A stretch of 61,461 bases of DNA from Candidatus Methylomirabilales bacterium. Lineage in GTDB: Bacteria; Methylomirabilota; Methylomirabilia; Methylomirabilales; CSP1-5. Position 1 is the stretch's first letter. Every line of letters begins with the position of its first letter. The position numbers and the translations under genes were made by a program. The notes below the pieces were generated by a model. It did no database searches. It worked only from the letters and a program-made list of their open reading frames with translations, and was not told the DNA's origin. Of the stretch, positions 1-9,083 are shown one piece after another. The stretch covers positions 1-61,461 of the forward strand of contig JBHIAH010000009.1 in the NCBI GenBank assembly GCA_046758505.1, given 5' to 3'.

Positions 1-1
1 C

Positions 2-52
2 CCCTCCCCCAAGGTGCTGTACAAGTCACTCATGAAGGGGGAGGGAAGCTGA
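2..52 (+). CDS. 3' end of upstream gene, possibly ccmE (partial)
   Basis: Open frame PSPKVLYKSLMKGEGS* runs in from the window edge; identity inferred only from its position before ccmF. Confidence 0.3.
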   Translation, partial: PSPKVLYKSLMKGEGS

Positions 53-55
53 CAG

Positions 56-207
56 TGGCTCACAGTTCACGGATCAAGGTTCATGCTTCAGGGTTCACAG
101 TCCGATGTCTGGCTTTTGGGTTTTAGGTCTTGGGTATTGGGTTTAAGATTTAGATGTTGAGGCGTCTAAGGCCAGGACCTAACACCTAATACCCAAAACC
201 TAACACC
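56..207. repeat. Degenerate heptamer tandem repeats forming an imperfect hairpin
   Basis: GGTTCAC-like units (56-101), then GGGTTTT/AGGTCTT/GGGTATT units with a complementary AACACCT/AATACCC/AAAACCT arm. Confidence 0.7.
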
Positions 208-237
208 GGTCGTCGGTCATCGAGTGGAGCGATTGCA

Positions 238-2208
238 ATGACGGCGCAATTGGGAACCATCGCCCTCTGGACGGCGCTCGCGGCCGCGCTCTTTGGAGCG
301 GGAGCGGCGGTTATCGGGCATCGACAGAAAAAATTCGCCCTCCTGGAAGGGTCCCATAATGCGGTCCTGGTCCACTGGGCGATGGTGACCATCGCCCTCT
401 TCTGCCTCGAGTATGCTCTGATCACCTCCGACTTCAGCATCCGGTACGTGGCGTTCAACAGCAGCCGGAATTACTCGATCTGGTACAAGATCGCCGGCCT
501 CTGGGCGTCCCTCGAGGGCTCCATCCTGCTCTGGGCCTGGATGCAGGCGACGTTGGCGGCACAGGTGGTCCTCATGTATCGGCGGAAGCACCGGGATTTC
601 GTCCCGTACGTGAGTGCCGTCCTGATGGGGATCTCCACTTTCTTCGTCCTGGTCATGGTGATCCCCGCGAATCCCTTTGCGCGGGAGTTTCCGGTGCCGA
701 CCGACGGGCGGGGGCTGAACCCCCTCTTGGAAGATACGAGCATGCTGGTCCATCCCCTGTTGCTCTACTCGGGCTACGTTGGGTTCACCGTCCCGTACGC
801 CTTTGCCATGGCCGCCCTGATCACCGGGCGGCTGCGGGAGGAGTGGCTCTACATCACCAGGCGGTGGGCGGTTGCCGCGTGGATGTTCCTGACCGCCGGA
901 ATCATCTACGGCGGCTGGTGGTCGTATCATGTCCTGGGGTGGGGCGGGTACTGGGCCTGGGACCCGGTCGAGAACGCCTCGTTCATGCCGTGGCTCGCTG
1001 GGACCGCCTACATCCATTCGGTGATGATTCAGGAAAAGCGGGGGATGCTCAAGGTCTGGAACCTCACCCTGATCTCACTCACCTTCGCCCTGGTCATCTT
1101 CGGCACGTTTCTCACGCGCAGCGGCATCCTGAACTCGGTTCATGCCTTCGCCCAGGGGGAGATTGGCTATTTCTTTTTGGGCTTCCTGGCCCTGATCCTT
1201 CTCTCCACCGTGACCCTCCTCACCTACCGGGGCGATCAGCTCAGGACGGAGGGGGCGGTGGACTCGTTCCTCTCCCGGGAAAGTGCCTTTCTGTTCAACA
1301 ACCTCCTCCTCGTCACGTTCTGCTTTACCGTGTTTCTCGGGACCCTCTTTCCCCTCCTGGCTGAGGCGGTCCGCGGGGTCAAGGTGAGTGTCGGGGCCCC
1401 ATACTTCAACTACGTGGCGGCACCGATCGGGTTAGGGCTCCTCTTTCTGATGGGCGTGGGGCCGGTGATTCCCTGGCGGGGCGGTTCGTGGGGAAGCCTC
1501 AGGCGCAATCTCGTGGGTCCGGGCGTAACGGGGCTTGCCGTCGCCGGTGTGGCGTTCGGTTTCGGCATGCGGGGCCCCTTGGTCCTCTTGACCTATGCCC
1601 TGGCCGTCTTTGTCTCGGCCGTGGCGGTCCAGGAGTATTATCGCGGCGTCCGCGCCAGGAGGAAAACCGCCGGTGAGGGGACGTTCCAAGCCCTGGGGCA
1701 GCTCTTTGTCAGAAACCGGCGCCGGTACGGGGGATTTATCGTCCATTTCGGAGTCGCGCTGCTCGCGATCGGGATCGCCTCTTCTTCCGCCTTTCGGGTG
1801 GAGCGGGAAGACATGCTCAAAAAGGGGGAGATGCTCGAGGCGGGCAAATACCAGGTCCGGTTCGACGCGCTCGAGGGGAGCGAGGGGCCGACCCACGTAA
1901 AGGTGCATGGGCTCTTCACCGTCTTCAACGACCGTCACGAGGCGGGGCAAATGTCCCCTGCACTCCGGTTTTATCCCAATCGGCAGGACCCCATCGCGGA
2001 GGTGGATCACTGGATGGGCTTCAAGGAGGATCTCTACGTGATCCTGGGAAGCTTCGACCGGAAAGGCAACTGGGCGGTGGTCAAGGTCCTGGTGAACCCG
2101 ATGGTCTCCTGGATCTGGATCGGGGGGGCGATCATGGCACTTGGAACATTCCTCACCCTCTTCCCCTTCGGGTTCCTCCTCTCGGGTACCAGGGGGGGAC
2201 GGACATGA
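238..2208 (+). CDS. ccmF: Cytochrome c biogenesis heme lyase CcmF
   Basis: WGGYWAWDPVEN (WWD motif), GLNPLL..HP, RSG...SVHAFA, many TM helices. Confidence 0.97.
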   Translation: MTAQLGTIALWTALAAALFGAGAAVIGHRQKKFALLEGSHNAVLVHWAMVTIALFCLEYALITSDFSIRYVAFNSSRNYSIWYKIAGLWASLEGSILLWAWMQATLAAQVVLMYRRKHRDFVPYVSAVLMGISTFFVLVMVIPANPFAREFPVPTDGRGLNPLLEDTSMLVHPLLLYSGYVGFTVPYAFAMAALITGRLREEWLYITRRWAVAAWMFLTAGIIYGGWWSYHVLGWGGYWAWDPVENASFMPWLAGTAYIHSVMIQEKRGMLKVWNLTLISLTFALVIFGTFLTRSGILNSVHAFAQGEIGYFFLGFLALILLSTVTLLTYRGDQLRTEGAVDSFLSRESAFLFNNLLLVTFCFTVFLGTLFPLLAEAVRGVKVSVGAPYFNYVAAPIGLGLLFLMGVGPVIPWRGGSWGSLRRNLVGPGVTGLAVAGVAFGFGMRGPLVLLTYALAVFVSAVAVQEYYRGVRARRKTAGEGTFQALGQLFVRNRRRYGGFIVHFGVALLAIGIASSSAFRVEREDMLKKGEMLEAGKYQVRFDALEGSEGPTHVKVHGLFTVFNDRHEAGQMSPALRFYPNRQDPIAEVDHWMGFKEDLYVILGSFDRKGNWAVVKVLVNPMVSWIWIGGAIMALGTFLTLFPFGFLLSGTRGGRT

Positions 2209-2777
2209 AGGGGAACTGGAAAAGGGTGCTCGTTCCCCTGTCGGTCCTGCCCCTGCTCTTTCTCTTGGCCTATGGGTTTCGGACCGACCCCAGGGCTGTT
2301 CCCTCCCCCCTGATCGAGAAACGGGCGCCGCCGTTTGCCCTGACCCTTTTCGATGGGGAGGACCTGAGCCTGGATGGACTTCGCGGGAAAGTGGTGGTGG
2401 TGAACTTCTGGGCGTCCTGGTGCTTTCCGGCCTGCTATGAGGAAGCTCCCCTCTTGGAGGCGGCGTGGCGGGCCTATAAGGACAGGGGGGTCGTGGTCGT
2501 CGGCGTGAACATCCAAGACACCGAGAAGGCGGCCCGGGAGTTCATGAACCGGTTTCACTTCTCCTTTCCCAACGGGCCGGACCCCCAGGGGAAGATCTCG
2601 ATCGATTACGGGGTCTACGGGGTTCCCGAGACCTTTTTCCTTGATACGAAAGGCCAGATCGCCTTCAAGCAGGTCGGCGGGGTAACCGCCGAGATTCTCT
2701 CGGCGCAGATCGAAAAGCTCTTGGGGCGGGTACCGCGGGCCGCGGATTCTGGAGGGCGTCGTGATGGGGGAGTGTAG
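2205..2777 (+). CDS. ccmG: CcmG/TlpA-like thiol-disulfide oxidoreductase
   Basis: N-terminal anchor, VVNFWASWCFPAC, YGVYGVPETFF; operon context. Confidence 0.88.
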   Translation: MKGNWKRVLVPLSVLPLLFLLAYGFRTDPRAVPSPLIEKRAPPFALTLFDGEDLSLDGLRGKVVVVNFWASWCFPACYEEAPLLEAAWRAYKDRGVVVVGVNIQDTEKAAREFMNRFHFSFPNGPDPQGKISIDYGVYGVPETFFLDTKGQIAFKQVGGVTAEILSAQIEKLLGRVPRAADSGGRRDGGV

Positions 2778-3267
2778 ACAGCGGGAGGTCGCGCGCCGAG
2801 GACCGGCTCGCGTCCGCCGGTTTGGAAAAGTGGGTCTCGCCCTGTTCGTCCTCTCGGTCGTCGTGGTGCCGCCGCTCAGCGCGGCGTCGCTGGAGGAGCA
2901 GGTTCACCAGGTTGCCGCCGAGCTTCGCTGCCCCGTGTGCCAGGGCCTCTCCGTGGCTGACTCTCCCTCCCGAATGGCGAACCAGATGCGGGACTTGATT
3001 CGAGAGCGGCTCAAGGCCGGGGACAGCCCCGAGGCCGTCAAGGCCTACTTCGTCGAGCGCTATGGCGAATGGATCCTGCTCGCTCCCAAACAGGAGGGGT
3101 TCAACCTCCTGGTGTGGATCCTTCCCTTCCTCGGCCTCGGCGGGGGGGCGGTGGGACTCGCTTTGGTGTTGAGGCGCTGGCGGCGACATCCCGAGGCGGC
3201 CCCTGCTTCCGTGGATCCTGCCTACCTGGAAAAGGTTCGCCGAGAGATGGCTCAGGATAAATCCTGA
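2761..3267 (+). CDS. ccmH: CcmH/NrfF cytochrome c biogenesis protein
   Basis: LRCPVCQG motif, YFVERYGEWILL, C-terminal TM; true start may be downstream. Confidence 0.92.
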   Translation: MMGECRQREVARRGPARVRRFGKVGLALFVLSVVVVPPLSAASLEEQVHQVAAELRCPVCQGLSVADSPSRMANQMRDLIRERLKAGDSPEAVKAYFVERYGEWILLAPKQEGFNLLVWILPFLGLGGGAVGLALVLRRWRRHPEAAPASVDPAYLEKVRREMAQDKS

Positions 3268-3284
3268 CATCAGAAAGAGATGCC

Positions 3285-4178
3285 GTGATCTACCTCGTCG
3301 CATTCCTCATCGCTCTCGCAGGGGTCATCGTCATCGCCTATCCCTTACTTCGGCGAAGGGATGGGTCTGCCGAGGTCCAAAGGGAAGAGGAACCTGAGGA
3401 CCTCCGGAAACGGCGGGGGAAGCTCTACGAGGCGATCCGGGAACTCGAGCTGGAGCGAGAAGCGGGCGACCTCTCGCAGGAGGAGTACGAGAAGATCCGG
3501 ACCGGCTACGAGACGAAGGCGGCGGAGTTGCTCCAACAAGCGGAACGACGGAGCACGCACCGCCCCAAGCCTTCGCGGAAGCCTGCACCGACCAGGGCCG
3601 GTGCCGACGGCCCCCGGCCTCTCTCCCATCGTTTTGGCCTGATCCTCCCCGCGGCGCTCATCCTCCTAGTCGGAGTGGGCATCGGCTTCTTCCTCGGCAG
3701 GTCCGTCACGCCGAGGCAGACCGGGATGGGGGTCACCGGGAGTGTCCCCGGTGGGGAGAGCGTCGTTGGGGTTCCCTCTTCCCTGGAAGAGGCCAATGCG
3801 GCTTTCAATCGGGGGGACTTCCGTCGGGCCCTGGCGGGCTACAGGAAGATCCTGGACAACGATCCCAAAAATCCGGAAGCCCTGACCCAGATTGGGGTAC
3901 TGCTGGCCCGGGGTGAGCATCACGACGAGGCCATCATGGCCTTCGACCGGGTCCTGGACACGCAGCCCAACTACCCCCACGCCCTCTTCGAGAAGGGACT
4001 GGTCCTTTTCCAGGGAAAGGTCCAGCCGCGGGAGGGGGTGAAGGTGTGGGAGCAGCTCATCAAGACCGCACCCGCGGACAATCGATATGCCCTGACCGCC
4101 AAGCGCCTCCTTGATCAGGTCCGCGGCTCTATGAGCCGCCCTGCCCCCGAATCCCCCGCCAAACCTCCCACCAAGTGA
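3285..4178 (+). CDS. ccmI: CcmI-like TPR membrane protein
   Basis: TM, ELELEREAGDLS.EEY motif, second TM, TPR repeats; follows ccmH. Confidence 0.8.
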   Translation: MIYLVAFLIALAGVIVIAYPLLRRRDGSAEVQREEEPEDLRKRRGKLYEAIRELELEREAGDLSQEEYEKIRTGYETKAAELLQQAERRSTHRPKPSRKPAPTRAGADGPRPLSHRFGLILPAALILLVGVGIGFFLGRSVTPRQTGMGVTGSVPGGESVVGVPSSLEEANAAFNRGDFRRALAGYRKILDNDPKNPEALTQIGVLLARGEHHDEAIMAFDRVLDTQPNYPHALFEKGLVLFQGKVQPREGVKVWEQLIKTAPADNRYALTAKRLLDQVRGSMSRPAPESPAKPPTK

Positions 4179-4259
4179 CTCGATAATCGGCGCCTCAATC
4201 CCCGTGTCGGTGTAGCACTTCCAGCGGGACCCCGCCAGCTTCAACTCAGGGTCCCGAAA

Positions 4260-5276
4260 TTGCACGCAGTCAAGACTGGGTTTGTGCACCCCGTGGCGTG
4301 CGGTCATGAACATGGTTCAAAAGAGGTGTTTCTGGTGCGGACGTTGAGGCCGGCGATCTTGCCCGACAACAAGACGCTGGTCGTATATCCGGTCGTAATC
4401 GGGCTGGGGGTGGCCGGCGTGGGGATAGCCATTCGCAATCCGGTCATGAGCGCCCTGCCTCTCATCATCCTGGCGGTCTTTCCCGGTCTGCCCATCCTGT
4501 TCCACGCCGTCTACCACTTCTTCGTGAAGTTTCAGGTTCTGGGAGATCGGCTCGCCGCGATCGACTACGTCTCGGACCCCTTCGTTAATTCGCGCGGGCG
4601 CCAGGAAATCCACTTCGGAGACATCGCCTATTGCTTCTATGTGGACAAGGAAGCGAATCTCCTGCTCAACCTGCTGAAACAATTGAAGCGCCATAACGTG
4701 CCCGAGATCGAGAGGGATTTTCGGAGAGAGCATCTCTTGGCGAGATATCGGGTTCCTGAGGCTGTTCTCGATGACTTTGTGCAGAGCTCACAGAAGGCAT
4801 TGAACGATGTGACCACCACGGGGGTGATTCTTGAAGTCGAGGAGGTGTGCAGGCGGAATCACGTTCCGAAGAAAGTGCGGAAAGAGATTTGCAAGGCGTT
4901 GGAAACCGATCCGGCACTGCACTTCGAGTCCGTGCAAGAAACACTGAGTCCGTATCCCGTCGACCCGAAAGATCTGGACCGGATCCGGGATAAATTCTCG
5001 AGCCTGGATGCCCCGGTGCTGTCCCCCTTTCTGATGACCAAGATCAACCTGAAAAAGCTCCGGAAGATCGATGAATCTCGCCACTGGCAGGCGGCGGTCA
5101 AGAGTCGGGCCGGGGTGGTCCTGTCGAACACGGATGGGACGAGGAAGGTGTACCTGATGCGCTTCCGCGATTTGAGCCGCAAGGATGCCCGGGACCTCAT
5201 GGCCACGGTCCGTGACCGAACTCCAGGCATAAAGTTCCTGATGACGCGCAAGGAGCTCCACGCCCTCCTGAAGTAG
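4260..5276 (+). CDS. Hypothetical membrane protein (two TM helices, possible split PH-like domain)
   Basis: 338-aa ORF with protein-like composition; start uncertain. Confidence 0.65.
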   Translation: MHAVKTGFVHPVACGHEHGSKEVFLVRTLRPAILPDNKTLVVYPVVIGLGVAGVGIAIRNPVMSALPLIILAVFPGLPILFHAVYHFFVKFQVLGDRLAAIDYVSDPFVNSRGRQEIHFGDIAYCFYVDKEANLLLNLLKQLKRHNVPEIERDFRREHLLARYRVPEAVLDDFVQSSQKALNDVTTTGVILEVEEVCRRNHVPKKVRKEICKALETDPALHFESVQETLSPYPVDPKDLDRIRDKFSSLDAPVLSPFLMTKINLKKLRKIDESRHWQAAVKSRAGVVLSNTDGTRKVYLMRFRDLSRKDARDLMATVRDRTPGIKFLMTRKELHALLK

Positions 5277-5333
5277 CCTTCACATTTCAAGGAATGGCTC
5301 CAGAACCGCCTAAACTACAGGAGCTTTAGAACT

Positions 5334-5883
5334 ATGAGAAGCCAGAAAGCCCTCGCGCAAACAATACTCGTAATTTGGGGGGCCTTGGTTCTCGCTAGGG
5401 GAGTTTCTGGCGGACCACGTTTTTCTGGGCAGGGAACCAAGACGGATCTGGCCGACCAGGCTGCTACTGCCTGGAAAAAATTCCTTGGGCAGCGGAGCGC
5501 GGAACTGAGGCCGCAGCGTATCATACTTCGTGACTCCTTATTTGGCAGTCTTGATGGTAGCGCTCAGCACGGTGTGGGCGTCTGGTACAAGATGGACGAA
5601 GTCGATTACGTTGAGGGGGCATTAGTTGAGGTGTATCAAATAGAACCAAGGACAGCTAACACTCAGGACGTAAAGAAAATTAGTGAGTTACGTTTTGACC
5701 ATGTGCGCGCCTTTTTTGACAAGTTGAATGGACGGGACATAAATGGCGATGGCTTGAAGGAGCTTGTCTTCATACTGGACTCGGAGGCAGCCTGCTGGAC
5801 CTGTTGGCACATAGAACTCTATCACCTTCGGGATGGACGACTCGAGGAGTTGCCCCTTGACGTCGCTGACAGAGGGATCAAGA
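5334..5883 (+). pseudogene. Secreted protein with DxNGDGxxE Ca-binding/FG-GAP-like motif, truncated by transposase insertion
   Basis: Signal-peptide-like N-terminus, DINGDGLKELV, lower GC; the frame runs into the inverted repeat at 5884 and then reads antisense transposase sequence. Confidence 0.65.
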
Positions 5884-6963
5884 GGTCAAGTCTACATTTG
5901 ACAATTGGTCTACTACTCACCCCCAAGCACTTTCAGGAGCCTCTCCACGCGCTGCCGAACCACCCGATCCTTTTTGCATCTCGCCTCTACCCGAGCGCAA
6001 GCCATGCTCACCGTGGTATAGGCGGGGATGCCGAACAAGGCAGCGATCTCTCTTAAAGGTAATCCACACTCTTTGCGACACAGATAGATCGCCACATCCC
6101 TCGGCTCGTTCCATTGCCCCCGCCGGACCCCCACGAGCGCCTTCCTACGCACCCCGTAGTTTTCCTTGACGGCCTCGAGGACCTCGGTTGCTGTCCGCCG
6201 AAACGGGAGAGCTTTGGCCTCGGCAAGCTCGTAGTCTCCCCTGCGCTTCTTCGAAACCAAGTTCCTCGCCCGTTCTTTGAAAGCCTCTGTCCCGAGCATA
6301 GCCGGTGCCTTCTTTTGCCCATATACGCGCTTAATCTGCTCAAGCACCCCTGCCTGGAGGAACGCCCTGTAATTCCGGACGGCTTGGCCCCCTCTTGCCC
6401 CTAATCGCCCCAGGACCTCCTCCTTCGTGAGCCAGTCCGGGGAGGATCCCCTCTCCAGATAAGCCCGGTGACTACTCCAGGCATACTGCTCGGGTTTCCT
6501 CACAAGCCCGGCCTGCACGGGATTGAGGTGGATGTAGCGCACCAGCTCGAGCAAGTAGGCGTCGGCCTCAATCAGTATGGCCTTGAACCGCCCTCGAAAG
6601 AGTGGCCCATCCCGCCGATACTTTCGGTTGTAGCGCTGCGTGTAGAGCCCGTTGAGATGTCGCATGGACCGGGAAAGGTTTCCCTGGGGCGTGTGAAGCA
6701 GCAGGTGGTAATGGTTCCTCATCAGGCAGAAGGCATGAAGCTGTATGCTCCACATCCGCCCCACATCCCGCAGGAGTCTCAGAAAGTCCCATCGATCATC
6801 GTCATCGTGGAAGATGGCCCGGGACCCACTGCCGCGATTCATGACGTGATACCAGGCCTCGGGGAATTCCAGACGAAGGGGACGAGACATGAGTGCGAAT
6901 CCTCCGTGCCTTTTCTACCCCCTACCCCAATGAGAGACAATTGTCAATTGTAGACTTGACCCC
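5884..6963 (-). mobile_element. RAYT-like HUH Y1 element with ~24-bp terminal inverted repeats
   Basis: GGTCAAGTCTACATTTGACAATTG (5884-5907) versus CAATTGTCAATTGTAGACTTGACC(CC) (6938-6963), one mismatch; encloses a single transposase. Confidence 0.85.
5913..6890 (-). CDS. Y1 HUH transposase (RAYT-like) with C-terminal DnaA_C-like HTH
   Basis: MSRPLR, YHVMNRG, NHYHLL (HUH), YIHLNP, WSS, C-terminal RDVAIYL...LREIA. Confidence 0.93.
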   Translation of the reverse strand: MSRPLRLEFPEAWYHVMNRGSGSRAIFHDDDDRWDFLRLLRDVGRMWSIQLHAFCLMRNHYHLLLHTPQGNLSRSMRHLNGLYTQRYNRKYRRDGPLFRGRFKAILIEADAYLLELVRYIHLNPVQAGLVRKPEQYAWSSHRAYLERGSSPDWLTKEEVLGRLGARGGQAVRNYRAFLQAGVLEQIKRVYGQKKAPAMLGTEAFKERARNLVSKKRRGDYELAEAKALPFRRTATEVLEAVKENYGVRRKALVGVRRGQWNEPRDVAIYLCRKECGLPLREIAALFGIPAYTTVSMACARVEARCKKDRVVRQRVERLLKVLGGE

Positions 6964-7075
6964 ATACGCCATGTGCCTACCGAAGTTCCACCTTGTCTTG
7001 GTGGAGCGTCGGTTATACGATAGCGCTCTGATCACCGAAACAGCCTAAACCGGAAGTGCCGATGGGGATGGAAGA

Positions 7076-8311
7076 ATGATTGCGGTGGAGGAAGCCCAGC
7101 GGATTATTCTCGATTCGGTCGAGAAGGTCGGCTGGGAGTATGTGGAGATCCTGGATGCCTTGGGTCGGGTCCTGGCCGAGGATATCAGTGCGCCGGAGCG
7201 CATCCCTCTGTTGGACAACTCTGCGATGGACGGATACGCCCTCCGGGCGGAGGACACGCGTGGGGCGAATCCGGAGCGGCCCGTCGCATTGCACCTGATC
7301 GGAACCGTCGGGGCGGGCCAGATGTTTGACGGCCTCCTCGACAAAGGACAGGCCCTTCGAATCATGACCGGTGCGCCGATGCCTCGGGGTGCCGATGCGG
7401 TCATTCGCCAGGAGGATACCCAGGCGTCCGATCGGGGCGTCTCCATCCATCGGGAGGTCAGTCCCGGAAAGAATGTTCGGTACGCGGGTGAGGATGTCAA
7501 GGCGGGGGAACAGGTTTTGCCCGCGGGAACGATCTGTCGGCCCGGGGTCATTGGACTCTTGGCCGCCCTGGGGAGGCGGCGGGCGGCGGTGTACCAACGT
7601 CCCCGAGCGGCCATCTTGGCCACCGGCGACGAGCTGCTCCGGTGGGACGAGGCCCCGACCCCCGGCAAGATTCATAACAGCAATAGTTACGCCTTGGCGG
7701 CTCAGGTGCTTCAAGCGGGGGGGGTGCCGCTCCTTGTGGGGCCGGTGGCCGATACGAAGGACCTGCTGGCTCGGCGCCTTCGGGAAGGGGCCGGGGCGGA
7801 TCTGCTGTTGACCTCGGGAGGAGTCTCGGTGGGGGACTACGACCTCGTGGCCGAGACGCTCCGGGAGCTGGGGGCGGCGGTGCAGGTCCGGGAGGTCAAC
7901 ATGCGGCCGGGCAAGCCCTTTACTTTTGCCCTCCTCGAGCACAGGCCGATCTTTGCGCTGCCGGGCAATCCCATCTCGTGCATGGTCACCTTCGAACTCT
8001 TCGTGCGGCCGGCCCTGCGAAAGATGCAGGGGCACCGGAGTGTGTTTCATCCGGAGATCACGGCCACCGCCACCCAGTCTATTCTCAATACGGATTGCCG
8101 CCCCGCCTACCTGCGCGTTGTCCTGACCCCGACCGATGCGGGATACACCGCGGGTCTCACCGGAGATCAGGGCTCGGCGATGCTTCATTCCATGGCCTGT
8201 GCTGACGCGCTCGCCTGTGTCCCGGGGGAGACCGAGATCCCGGCGGGGAAGCCGATTCGGGTTCTCCTCTTTAGCGACGAGCCGGCAGCGAGTCGCCCCG
8301 ATCCGTGGTAA
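7076..8311 (+). CDS. moeA: Molybdopterin molybdotransferase MoeA
   Basis: SAMDGYA, IMTGAPMP.GADAV, TGDEL, SGGVSVGDYD, PGKP, LPGNP. Confidence 0.96.
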   Translation: MIAVEEAQRIILDSVEKVGWEYVEILDALGRVLAEDISAPERIPLLDNSAMDGYALRAEDTRGANPERPVALHLIGTVGAGQMFDGLLDKGQALRIMTGAPMPRGADAVIRQEDTQASDRGVSIHREVSPGKNVRYAGEDVKAGEQVLPAGTICRPGVIGLLAALGRRRAAVYQRPRAAILATGDELLRWDEAPTPGKIHNSNSYALAAQVLQAGGVPLLVGPVADTKDLLARRLREGAGADLLLTSGGVSVGDYDLVAETLRELGAAVQVREVNMRPGKPFTFALLEHRPIFALPGNPISCMVTFELFVRPALRKMQGHRSVFHPEITATATQSILNTDCRPAYLRVVLTPTDAGYTAGLTGDQGSAMLHSMACADALACVPGETEIPAGKPIRVLLFSDEPAASRPDPW

Positions 8312-8448
8312 GCATTGCGAGCGGTCGCGATTCTTGCTGACACTGCCGCCAATCGGCTGGCAAGAGCGGGGCGGTTGCGAAGGCGCTTGACCGTGTGCGG
8401 GAACGGAATAGAATGAGCCTCGCCGTTGTCTCGCGACGGGGAGGGTGC

Positions 8449-8886
8449 ATGCGGATCGTTGGGGCGTGGCTTCTCGTGTGGTTTCTGGTCGGGTTCACGG
8501 GTCCGGCGCTCGAGGCGCAGGAGAGGGAAGGGCCTGCAGCGCCCACGCCGGAGGAGGTCGGGATCGAGGCCAGGCGTCGGCTGGAGCGGATCGAGCGGCT
8601 CCGGGGGCCACAGAAGGAGCTCAAGATCACCCCGGCGAATGTGGTGGTCCGCATCCGCCCACCCGATGCTGATCCGCTGGTGGACTTCAGTTACGCCATC
8701 CTGTCTCTGACCTTGAAGAAACCGGTCCAAGGCGTGCGTGAGATCACTTACTGGGCCTACTCTTTCTCCGATGCCGTCACCCTGGGTGAGATCCTGAAGC
8801 GAAGCGCGACCGTTGAGATTACGGTCCGGTGTCCGGCCCGGGGAGATGTCTCCAGATGTTGGTTCGAATCGTTTACCTTCCGCTGA
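8449..8886 (+). CDS. Hypothetical secreted protein
   Basis: GGAGG before ATG 8449; signal peptide ending ALEA. Confidence 0.65.
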   Translation: MRIVGAWLLVWFLVGFTGPALEAQEREGPAAPTPEEVGIEARRRLERIERLRGPQKELKITPANVVVRIRPPDADPLVDFSYAILSLTLKKPVQGVREITYWAYSFSDAVTLGEILKRSATVEITVRCPARGDVSRCWFESFTFR

Positions 8887-9083
8887 AGGCCCCATTGCAC
8901 TCCCTGCGCCGAGACTTACGCCTTCCTGCGGTGCCTAAGGATCGATGGTCTGCCGAAGCGGCGCGGGGGATGTGTGGCCTCTTTCCTTGACAGGCGTCGG
9001 TTCACCTCCTACGATTACATGCCGCTCTGGATGAAAGGTCCCTCGCCTCGTCGCGGAGAGGGGGAAGCGTGAAGGAGCACCGC

